A program made the position numbers and the translations under genes. The notes under the pieces are model-generated. The model searched no databases and was not told where the DNA came from. It saw only the letters and a list, made by a program, of their open reading frames with translations. From Tubiluchus corallicola (taxonomy: Eukaryota > Animalia > Priapulida), in the NCBI GenBank assembly GCA_030141605.1, contig JAQGDQ010000167.1, positions 211,877-275,876 of the forward strand: a stretch of 64,000 nucleotides of DNA. Reading direction: 5' to 3'. Positions within the stretch are counted from its first letter, which is position 1; each line of letters starts with the position of its first letter. Positions 1-12,500 of the stretch are shown here, piece by piece.

Positions 1-437
1 GTTTTTTAGTTTTGCATTACTAAATTATCGTATAATTATCAATAATTGTGATCTCAGTTTTGTATCATGAACGTGTATGTTCTGGTAATTATGGTATGAG
101 TGGCAACACTACCAGGCCGTTAATACACCGATTTGGCGGAAAATTCGATACTTTTTAGCTTGCAATACAATGAGCATCATACAAAACGGCAACCCTGGCC
201 GAGAGTTAGCCGTGGAAAAAACATGGCCACGTTCTGCGTTCTGCGTTCCCCGAAAGAAGGATACTATAATAATTATTGCATTTAAGGTTTTAATTTAAGA
301 AAATATGCTTTTATATGACTGTGTCAAGTAAGTATATGATTATTACAAAAATTATGGAATTCTGTGCTGGGTGCAAGATAAAAAAATGTTACCCGGGCAA
401 TTAGACGGAAACAGGAGTATTTTTATTGCCAGTCTAC
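1..437 (+). repeat. Dispersed repeat, probably a non-autonomous DNA transposon; second copy at ~56230-56615
   Basis: Collinear shared blocks GTGGCAACACTAC...TAATACACYGATTTGGYGGAAAATT...GATACTTTTTAGC...AAGTAAGTATAT...ATTAGACGGAAACAG. Confidence 0.8.
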
Positions 438-587
438 CTTCTTTTGTCATTTTTTTGTAATTGAAACTCTGAATATCATGCAACCAATTGTTCTGTGAAT
501 AAAATGTCTTAAATGTGTTGAAACATGATAAAAACTGTCCTCTAATGAGAACCATAATGAATGACATGATTGTGTTGCTGCTTATAG

Positions 588-3500
588 AAAGTCATGAGAT
601 GACCGAGTCGCCAAAGAAACGACTAGAAGATCTGATGCACCTAGCTGAATTGTGTATAGATTTACTACAGCAGAATGAAGAACATCACGCTGAGGTGTGT
701 TACTGCATTGTTTGTTACTTTTTAGACTTGGAATAATGACTGGAACGTCATTGTCTCCTTGCTAGAACAATGCAGCATTGTTGGAATAGCAGAATCTAGC
801 ATTGTGCCAATATAATTATCATTTGCGATTGTAGAACAAAGTTCCATTGTTCCATAGTTTGTTGTTAAAAATAATTTGTAGTGGTTATTACTGCTTGGCT
901 TAGTTCCAAATGGATATTTTGTGCAGAATTTCAATGCGTTTAATACAGAGTGCATAGATGCAGCGCTTGGAATTGAATGCTGTGTCTATGTAAAGTTAAA
1001 AATTGAACAGTGTAGGAGTGCTGTACCAGCTCAATTTTGAGATTACTTTATGTGCGTCTTATTTTTATCTTGCAATTAACTTATCCCCATTGTAGTTCAC
1101 TGCTCCTAAAGCATTGTCGACATACAAGTCCCTTGAACTTGAAAAGTAACCGGGACTTCAGAAAGAAGCTGCTAACTTGATTCTAGCGGCTTCGCTTATT
1201 TCAAAGTTGCAGTCAGACATCGGAAAACGGAATGAAGTCGTCACATTTTTTTACTTTATATTTTGTTAATTGAACTGTGTTAAGTTGAAGTGGCTACCTG
1301 AAGCTCCTGAATTCTAGGATACCAAGTATAATAGTTTTGAGTGTGGTTTAACTTACTTTTCTGGCAGCAGGTGGCACTGGTGTTGTATGAGCTGCCAGCA
1401 GCTGTTAGGTGTGGGCATTATGTCGGTGTGCTGCTTTTCTCTTTCTCTTTGTGCACTACTAGATGTATTCAATGTAAAACCATCACCTCATAATAACAGT
1501 GTAACCATTCATTTAAAATCGTTGTTGTCAATATTACCATGGTGATTTCGCAGCAACACACAGTTTATGGTTTTGCCTATCGCAGCTATTGCAATACGAT
1601 GCCGAGTTGTACATTAAGTGGTTTTGAATTAAATTACCGGGTACCGCAAATGAATTTTGCTCGTTTAGCGTTTCACATTCTTGTACAATTTTTTAAACCC
1701 AAAATATTAATGTGATACATTTTGGATGTAATCACCAGGGCTGATCTGTGTGTGGGAAAAAAGGGTGCAGCCAACAGCCACTTGTGCCTTTTAACTTGAA
1801 AGTCTGTGGGATTTGAGGTGAATCCTTAGTTTTGCTGATTTTAGCTGGTTCATTTTAATTGTTAAAATTGATGTTTTTTAAATTTTTGCAAAAGTAGTTC
1901 TCTTTTGGGAGTGGCTGCCCTTCAACTCTCCACAGGTCAGCCCCAAATCAGAATGATTTTATACCAGCTGCATTGTTGCTGCCATTGTTGTGCATTTGTG
2001 ATTTGCATGCATCATTGTTGTTGTCGTTGTCATGGCAGCAGAAATAACATTGTTATTGTGCTGTTTTGCTGTCGTTTCGTTAGGCTTTCAAAGCGGTGAG
2101 TGTAGCTGAACAATCACTGTCCTACTTACCTCAACTCTCTACCCTCGCACGTGTTTCTCGCATGGTCACTGCATGTTGAACTTTGACCCTGATTTGATTA
2201 TTTTCACATTTTCCTTCTCTACCTTCTGACTTTCATCTCAACGGACCACTTTCCACTCTACTATTGTGCCAACAAGCAAGAATATAAATAAATGTACAAG
2301 GTACCGCTCATATTTCTGATGCTAGTAACTCTGGGATCATTATCTGATAAAAAAACCAAATCAAATTTCCAATTTATGACACAGTTTCTTAATTACTGCA
2401 CTGGTACTGTGGTACTGTGGTGTTTTATGACTACTAAAGTTTACTGCAAAATGTAGTGCAACTCTTGATAAGCTAGACTTTGTAGGTACTATAAGGTAAT
2501 CAAATGTATTTTATTCATATTAAGAGACATTTGCAAAACAAAACTGCGACTTACTATCTTTATGCTTAAAAACAAAATATATGCCTTTTGTCCTACCATT
2601 TTTAGCGTGTTATAATTTAACAAATACAAAATGTGCAATCTTGTAAACGTACCCTCTAATTCTCAAGCCTCAAGCCTTGAGAGAAGATTCATGAACAAAA
2701 AAGACCACAATACGTATTTAAAAATAAGGTGTTGCGCTGTAATGAAATTACTGATTCTGCTTTGTCTGGTCATGAATGATACTGTTTGGTAAAGGCCTTT
2801 AATTTTATAAAGATCAGAAAAAGTTATTAGCATTATTAAGCGATGTTACCCTGTATTCATTTATTTGCTTGCTTGAAAGTTTGGATTTCAATATTTACTT
2901 TGATAATTTTCTCTTAATTAACACTGTGATGATATATTTGTACTTCATTTTGCCGAGTTTCCGTGTAAAATTCACAGTTCGAATGCATTACGGTTCTTTT
3001 TTTTGGCAGGGCGGCGTAATTTTTGGTTTGCAGGTTTTTGCTGATATAGTTCTTTATTTTATCGAAATTTCTGATTAACCCTCATTGTTGTCACAAAATT
3101 CGGTCGGTGTACAGATGGCGCTTTGTACACTACAAACTGTTATAAGATGAGGATTAATTGATTTAAATGAATTTGTTAGCTCTTGTTTATAACATAATTT
3201 TACTATAGTATTAATAAATTGCTAAAATTTCATACAGTTTGTCGTGTAATAACAAATTATCACTTTTGTTTGGCCGTCGACTGGTACTTTTTCAACTTTT
3301 TAATTGTTTTACATCTTGTTCTTTGCTGAAGTCAGATAGTTAAGGTACTGGCAACGGAGATATTACACTGTAGTGCGCAAATTTATAGTGACAGCTATAA
3401 TAGTGAATGAGTCGCGTCTTCTGAAATTTCTCCATGCAAAAATTTTCCATTTTTTGTTCAATTTCAGAAAATGAAGAAAGAGCTATTGTGTTGCTCTTAA

Positions 3501-6500
3501 TGCAAAACAAACGTCTAATACGTTTTCAACTTTATGGACTATTTAGTGTTGTGATATAAACAAGAGCTTTCGTAATTTTATATAATTTTCCGTGTTCACA
3601 ATTTCATTATTTCAGTTGTCTTTTTATCTACTGAAGCGACACATTTCTCTCTGCTCAGTTTACTACAAACTCTATTTTTAAAACTTTATTTTTATACAAT
3701 TCTTTTATCTAGCCGCCTTTTCTTACATTTTTTTCTGGATAACGTGTCCATTCATAATCAACTTTAACTGATTAATATTGGGACGTTTGAGAAGTGTAAT
3801 GTAAATTACAGCAAGTTAGTTTATGTTCGTACTAATGTTTCAGCAACATTAGCTGTTAACATCTTAATTTTTTTGGTAAATATTGATTTTTTGCAACCAT
3901 CTACAGTTGCTTAACGTTATTTTTTCTTAGAAACATTTAGTCAAATTACCATTTTTAACCTTAACATACGCTTTCATTACCCTTATCAAATGTAATTGCT
4001 GTAAGTGGCTGTAAATTGAAAAAATTTACTTGTGGTTAAACCGTTCGCAGCAACATTTTAACCGTGTATGGATACCGAACACAGCTTGACTTGAATAATA
4101 CTCTCTGGCTCTAATTATACCATAGGCCTACTCTGTTTTTACGGAGAATTCTTTTAACTTACAAGGTTTTACTCTGTGCATTGTTGATCACAGTGGTCGA
4201 GCCACATTTGCTCACGTGAACTGCTAAATTCAACGAGGCCAAATCTGTTTTTCGTCACTTTTTCAATTTACCACATATTGCAGTAAACGATGATTTCCTT
4301 TTTGGCATGAAAGGAAATTGTTATGTTCTTCATTAACAATAACATTTTCTTTGATATTCTGAGTTAACAACCCTTTGACCACTTAACAGTGATGTGCGGT
4401 ATGTGCTCTGTCAGCACGCATGATTTAATTAAAGGTTTGGTTTTTTTGCTGTGTTGAGCCACATACAATCACAATAACAGCACACGTGGCACAGTGAAAT
4501 CAATTTAATGCAGCACACACGTTCTGCCACAAATGTTTCTCATGCACAAATTTATTGACCATAGTAGATTGATATAAAATAGAGTTACTGTAGTCGTCAA
4601 GAAAAGAGAAAAATGTTTGCATAATTAGCAACAGCTGTATTTAGCTGATCTCGGGAAATTCTTAGACAAATGTTTTTGCAAGCAGAGTATGGTTAGTGAA
4701 CTCAACTAGGGATGTTTTAGTGCTAACATCTTGGACTGAGAACTAATCAATGTATACAAAAACAGCCATGCTGTAGAGTGCTTGACAGCTTGGTTGGAGC
4801 TAATGTAAATGCTGTCATATGTGTTCGCTTTTCTTCCCATAAATAGATAAGTCATTGTTCATTTGTCTAAACATTGGTATCTTTTAGTAATTTTTGAATG
4901 AAGCAAATGTCTTCAGCATTTCACGTGAAATCAAAATTGTGCATAGAGTTCTAAGAAAGTGGACCCTATTTAACGATAATGATTAAAATTTCCATTGTTA
5001 ATTATTTCCGTTGCTATTTTTCTCATCTCCGATTGCAAAAGGTGGCATGAGGTATGCTTCTTATTTAAAAAATAGAATTTGTTTTCAGTTACATGTACAA
5101 GACACTTTAAAACTGGAGTATCGTGCAGCAATCTTGCTTCTCAAGTTTTCACTTGTTGCTGCTGATTTTTTCAGGCATTCGCTTGGTTCAGCGATCTAAT
5201 GGTGGAACACGCGGAGCTTTTCTGGTCGTTGTTTGCCGTCGACATGGATACGGTGTTGGAGGCTCAACCTCCGGATACCTGGGACAGTTTCCCACTCTTC
5301 CAACTGCTCAATGACTACCTTAGAAATGATGGTATGTCAGGAACTTTGTGCAGGTCACATTATCACAGTAACTCTTTACACTTCTCAGGAGCAGTTTCAC
5401 AGAATTAGCTGTTTAGTAGTGAGGAAGTAATCCCTTTATTTTGTGTCATGGACTAAAACAGCAAGGCTTAAATAATGCGGAAGTAATCCCTTTATTTTGT
5501 GTCATGGACTAAAACAGCAAGGCTTAAATAATGCGGAAGTAATCCCTTTATTTTGTGTCATGGACTAAAACAGCAAGGCTTAAATAATGCGGAAGTAGTC
5601 CCTTTATTTTGTGTCATGGACTAAAACAGCAAGGCTTAAATAATGCGGAAGTAGTCCCTTTATTTTGTGTCATGGACTAAAACAGCAAGGCTCAAATAAT
5701 GTGGAAGTAGTCCATTTATTTTGTGTCATGGACTAAAACAGCAAGGCTTAAATAATGCGGAAGTAGTCCCTTTATTTTGTGTCATGGACTAAAACAGCAA
5801 GGCTCAAATAATGTGGAAGTAGTCCATTTATTTTGTGTCATGGACTAAAACAGCAAGGCTTAAATAATGCGGAAGTAGTCCCTTTATTTTGTGTCATGGA
5901 CTAAAACAGCAAGGCTCAAATAATGTGGAAGTAGTCCATTTGTTTTGTGTCATTGACTAAAATGTCGAAGCTGAAATAATGTGAAAGTAGTCTGTTTGTT
6001 TTGTGTTATTGGCTAAAACTAGCTGTCTTCTGGCTCCATAATTACCATTAATCAGTTCATTGCTGCCCTAATAATAGCCATTATTTAATAGTTACCGTTG
6101 TTACTTGTGATATCACTTGCATAGATTTAACTGAGGGGTTTAGTTTACAAACACATAGAGTTAATTACCGCTACTGTATCAGCATGTACTAGTCATGATC
6201 ATGTAATTTCCTTTTCTCGCATATGTGTAGATGGTTTTCCTGGCATCATCGTTTGTTTATGTGTTTCAGATACACTAGTTTATGGAAGGTTTCATAATAA
6301 ACTAAGAGATACCTTTGCTCCGATGGTGGTACGGTACGTGGACTTGATGGAATCCAGCATTGCACAATCCATACACAAAGGATTCGAGCGAGAAAAATGG
6401 GAGATAAGAGGGTACAAATTTATATCTTAGTAATATGCTATTGTGCTTAAAAGTAAATTGGGCTGTTGCTATTAAATTTAAATAGTTATACCCAAATTGT

Positions 6501-9500
6501 AGCAGATGTGTTTTATTGTTTCAGTTTAAACTGGTTTAAGTTAACTCTCTTTTGCCTTTTGTACTTGTGAGGTGTAGTGGAGTAATCTTTCAAGAGCGTA
6601 ATAATAAAATGATGGAAAGAAAAAACAAATAGGAAAAGTTTAATTTTAGCTGCTTTGAATGTTACTATTTATTTTTTCACTCAAAATGTGTTTGTTAAAG
6701 GCATTCATTTTCGGTCGTTGTTTGCTCCTTTTCTCCGAGTAAGCAAGTATGCAATTCATTGTCATTATGTTATTCTGATGTTAGTTTTATTGATCTTCTT
6801 GCAAATATATAATAGTTGTCACAAGTTGTATATGTCAACTCAGCAAAAATGCAAAAATAGATGCAAGATACAAATAAATCAAAAAATGTTATTAATTTCT
6901 AGTATGCAATAAAACGTCTTGCTGAATGATTATCAACTGTCTTTATATATATGATGTATATGTTTTTATTTTGAAGAAATGGATGTGCCACATCGGAAGA
7001 CATGTTTTGGAAACTAGATGCATTGCAATCATTTATTCGTGATTTACACTGGCCAGAAGAAGTATTTGCCAAACATTTGGAGCAGCGACTAAAGCTGATG
7101 GCTGCCGACATGATAGAATCGTGTATAAAGCGCACTCTGCAGGCAAGTTTTGACATTAGAATTGCAATATTGATTTTTAAAACTAAAGATTCTTAATCTT
7201 CTTAGTTTGTGCAGTAATCTTCTTAGTTTGAAATTAACTTATCTATTATACAGGCTTTTGAGAAATGGTTACAAAAGGGCAGCAGAGGAACAGACTATAT
7301 GGTACCTATTGGTCTGTGTTCTATGATAAATGTTGTCATCGATGCGAAAAATCAGGTACATCATGCTTTTATTTGTGCTCAGTATTATTAGTTTTTAGAC
7401 ATTTCAGTGCATGCAGGAAAAACGTATTCCTTGAATTGCTGGTGTAAATAAAATGTACAAGTGCAGACATACAAAAATGATCAGGAATTAAGTAAGATGA
7501 ATATTTGCTAAGATGAAGTGATTTGAATGATTTTAGGCTTCGATGGCTTTAAGTTGTTTCAGTGTATGTAGGTAAAGCTTAGTCCTAAAAATACCAGAGT
7601 AAACAAGAAATTTTTCAAAGGCAAATAAACGTAGAAATGTTCAGCAAATAAACAAAACAAAATGTTACCAAACAAGAAGTAAAATATGATGTTTTGAGAA
7701 GTTTTCCATCTCTGAATGTAACAGAGAACTCTGCAATACTGGCCGTCCTACCGACAGCACTGGAAGTTAACTAAATACAATAGTAATGATTTATAAATAA
7801 GGGCAGCTGTTTGGTGACCATTATTGTCTTTCACCACCCCGACTCAATGCAATTATAATAAGCTGTGTGTAATTAGATGGTACAGTATATGCATCTGGAA
7901 TGAGACGAATAAACTAAACTGCTTCTGCTTAGTGTAAACAAGTTTGCCTTTGAGATTACAAATAGTACAGGTAAGAGCAATGAATGTGAAAGAATTGAAA
8001 GTGTGTATACTGTAGAGAAACACTGTACTTGTATTTGACTATAAAATTAGAGAAAGTCACATGTAACGTACTTCACGTACGCAGAAATATAATTCCAGCA
8101 CTAAAAATACATCATAATCACCCTGTCAGAATTTACTTAAATAATTATGTTAAGTGTACTTAAATCTGACAGCTTTTTTATGGAATAAAACGAAAGAAAT
8201 GACGAATCGTGTCAAACGTTCACAACAACGTAGAGACCAATGTGTTTATGTTAGTTTTTTGGGCAAAATGTGAAAAGCATAATCTAACTTTTGGTATACC
8301 TAAAATAACATTTTAATCATTTTTGCCAACTTCATGTCAGATAAACACAGATTTGTTTGATTATCAAAAATAGTGACTTTTGTCTTAGGTTCATGTATTC
8401 TTACTTTAAAAAGGGATGGTCTAAAAATATAACGTCACCTAATTAACATTAATTTTTGGCCATTAGAAATAAGATTCTATCAGTTTTATTTGCTGCTACA
8501 GTCATTTATCATCTACTACTCTACGTACATTAGTGCTGTACTGGCTGAATGTAGAGCTACAATATTCACTTTGTACATTAGTGCTGCACTGGCCTGAATA
8601 TAATGCTACAATATTTGCTTTGCAAAATACTCTTAAGTACTTTAGTGGTGCACTGGCTGAATATAAAGCTACAATGTTCACTTTTCAAAATGCTCTAAGT
8701 ACATTAGTGCTGTGTTGGCTGCACATAAAGCCACAATATTCACTTTTCAAAATGCTCTAAGTACATTAGTGCTGTGTTGGCTGCACATAAAGCTACAATG
8801 TTCACTTTTCAAAATAAAATGAGTAAAACATTCTTGTCAGAAAAAAGCCATGGCTTGGGTATTTGAGAAGGAGGTGAATGAGGCCAAGGTAGAAGGAACG
8901 CCAGAAGTGAGAAGCGTTGAACTAGCAGATGAGGAAGTGGTAATTTGAACCTCTGATATTATCTCTTGAATGGGTGATTAGTTTCCACTTTACCACTTTA
9001 AACTTGATGGTGATTGGTAGTTGCTATAAATTTCTTAATCTGAAGATGTTTACCAAGACATCATTGAGTTCTTGCAAGAGGCTTTGTTTAGGAGTCACTT
9101 AATGATAACTCATTACAATGTATCTTACCTATAACTGCTGGGGATGGACGTATTAGTTGATTGCGAAAGATGGCTTCTTTCTTGGTATTGAAACCAGTTT
9201 GGTTTATTTGTGTATTGGATTTTTTCTGGCATTACTGCATGTTCTTGCATCTTTGGACTTTGCTGGGAACAAGTTTGTTGGTTTGTCTGTTCAGTGATAT
9301 ATTTCTCCAGAGTGTTTACCAGATGTCTATGCTTCCTTTTTCTCATATTATTCTCCCTCATTTCCAGTATTTTTGTAATGGGTCCGATAAGGTTGTTAAA
9401 ATTGTTCCACAGACTGAAAATAACTAATTTAGCTTGAGATATGCCAACCTATGGAACCTAAGTGGAAATTTTTTCAGAGTGGCGATTACTTATCAGTAAT

Positions 9501-12500
9501 AATATACGTTTTTGTTGCCATTTTTGACTTTTGTTTTTATTAAATAATTGTACTGCATTTCTAATGCGTATCATTACAACATTAATTCAGCTACTCAAAC
9601 ATTTATCAATTTTTTTGCTTTCAGTCTCTAAAACTTTGCGCCGTAGATGGAATCGATGTGGTATGTACTCGTTAAATTTCTAGTATGTTTATATCGTATC
9701 AACCATACAGTACATCTACTAACATAACCTAGAAGACAAAGTGTTAATGTGCTACCCTGGTGAATCAGTTGAATGGTGCATAACTAACTATAGAATAAGT
9801 GCAAATTATGTGCAAAAAATGGAATTTCGAAAGAAAAGTAGGAAAAAGAAAATGACAATGGAAAAGAAATGAACGATTGGCAGCTGTATGTGATTACTGA
9901 GCATTTTATCTTTATGAGCACTGAAATATTATCTAATATAGCACTTCTGGTTCAGTTAGCTATACATGGCTACATAATGATGATTCTAGAAAAGTTTTAA
10001 CTTTATTAAAACTTGCAGTAATTAATGGTTAAGAATATGGTCATTGTGTTCTTGTTTATCATGTATATTCATCGAAATAATTTTTGAGTGAGTTATAGTT
10101 TCTACATTAAACCTAGAATGTGTTCAAGAATATGGTTTTTTCCAGTAGGTGGGAACTTAGAGATGCGTTTTAAATACAGTTGCATGGTGATATCTAGTGA
10201 GAGTTAGTTTCTTGAATTTTATGCTTATTATAAATCTGTTTCGTAATCATTGTAATGTTTTATTAAAAACATACTGCTAAAGGTTGGTTCAGATGAAAAA
10301 CCTGAGTAGAACTGCCATGTTTTTTTGTTTCTTTACAGCATCAGTACCATACTAAAATCGATGAATTTTTAGAAAAGGTTTCCGAGCAAATGATAAAGGG
10401 GCTTGTATGTAAGGTAACGTTATTTTTCTATTACTGTGTGTATGTGAATTTATTTATCAGTGTGTAGCTACTTAGTTTTCATGTGTTTCTATGGTGAATT
10501 GAAGATAATGTATTTTGAACATGTTTTGTCATGGTACCGATTAAGTGAAATTATTATATACATTTGTGGTGAAATAGTGTTTCTAGTTGGGCTATTCAGT
10601 AACCTCATTTGTGGTAAACTAGTGTTTCTAGTTGGACTAGTAAGTTAGCCTCATTTGTGGTAAACTAGTGTTTCTAGTTGGACTAGTAAGTTAGCCTCAT
10701 TTGTGGTAAACGAGTGCTTCTAGTTGGACTAGTAAGGTAGCCTCATTTGTGGTAAACTAGTGTTTCTAGTAGGACTAGTAAGTTAGCCTCATTTGTGGTA
10801 AACTAGTGCTTCTAGTTGGACTAGTAAGGTAGCCTCATTTGTGGTAAACTAGTGTTTCTAGTTGGACTAGTAAGTTAGCCTCATTTGTGGTAAACTAGTG
10901 TTTCTAGTTGGACTAGTGAGTTAGCCTCATTTGTGGTAAACTAGTGTTTCTAGTTGGACTAGTGAGTTAGCGTCATTTGTGGTAAACTAGTATTTCTAGT
11001 TGCACTAGTTAGGTAGCCTCATTTGTGGTAAACTAGTGTTTCTCGTTGGACTAGTAACAACTAGTAGTCTGCATTTTTTTTCTTCTTTTTAGTTAATAAG
11101 TGTACTGCAAAATGTTCTGGCAAAACTGTCAAGGTACGACGAAGGTTCTGTGTTTGCTCCCATACTGAATGTTACCAGTAAAATCAGCTTCGGAAAAGTT
11201 TTGGTGAGTCATATCTGTTAATAGAAATTCTTTTTTTGTGGAAATGAACAAGTGTTTATAATATTCGGGTAATCAGTTTGTTAATAAAGTTACACCTACT
11301 TTTCCTATTGGCCTGTAGTTTAGCAGCAGTGCATGCAAGTTCTACTTGCAAGCTTTGTATCAAGTCTAGCTTGCATCTCCATTTCTCAAAAATAAACAGT
11401 TATAAGGTATTTTTGTTTCTTACAAATGTGTTTATTAATTCTGGCTTGTCTAATGGATTGTTGAAATTAAAGCTTTTTAATGACTTTTTAACATTTTTTG
11501 TTGAATGGTTATTGTAAGTCTAATTTTAATGATGAAATTTATAGTTTTCAGTTTTTGCAAATTAGTTTTTAATTTGATCACTTTTTATTAGTTACAAGCA
11601 GTTTAACATAAAAACCTTATATTCAGACAGTTGTGTCCTCCTGTCTTATCTCAGTTCAGCAAATCTCAAATTCTTCTTTCAGTACGCTGTCTGTACCTTA
11701 TTTATAAGAATCGTTCTCCTCGTTATTTACAAGGAGAAGCTGCAGCAATTTAAGTAAAAATATCTTTTGTTTGCTATTTTTATTTTTGTGATAGATGGTA
11801 ATTTGGTTAGTCGCCTCAAATCTTTGCCTGGAAATTTCTAGGACATTTTAATTCATTAGCTGAGTGCAATGTTTCCACTGTTTAACAAGTTTACTGTAGA
11901 GTAGTTAATATGTGTATCCTTTATAGAGTTCTTTGTCCGAGGGAGAGAAACCCACATCAGCCATGCAGTCTGGCTTGCAGAATCCTAACAACCCAGAATT
12001 GGGGCTCCAGTACATTAACTTTATCAGGGCCAATTTAGAAATCTTCCATCAGAAAATCAATGATGAACTTTGGATCATAAGTTTATTTGAGGCAAGTAAA
12101 TTAATGTTTTGCATTGTCATTTCTAAAGTATTTAATCTTTCGTCATGATATCTTATGCCATGTGTGCTATGCTATGTATACTAGGATTATGCTAAGGTGC
12201 ACTTTGTAGCCACAGTATTAATTCATTGTTGAGGTTGTAGCAATGTACAATGTACTTTTTTGTGAGCTGTTACTATCGTCCGTTAAACCTTTTGCTCTTT
12301 GCTTTCAGAAATGGTACACAGAGTCAATGAACGTTATCTGTGATTGGCTAACCAACCGTCTTGACCTCTCCCTGCATCCCTACCAGATGACGTGTGTCGG
12401 TGTGATAATAAAGGTTAGTTAAAATGGAATAAACCACAAAATTAATTCATTAAACAAGCTAACAATTTTAAGTGTCGGTTGATTCATTGTGGAATAATTC

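Noticed and set aside
1905-2099. Cys-rich ORF (HCCCHCC...) as a metallothionein-like peptide
   Set aside because: It arises from TGT/TGC-rich intronic sequence upstream of the candidate microexon and begins at TTG rather than ATG.
5423-11060. Regular 56-, 62- and 46-bp repeats as CRISPR arrays
   Set aside because: Units are head-to-tail with no unique spacers, no cas genes are present, and they lie in spliceosomal introns.
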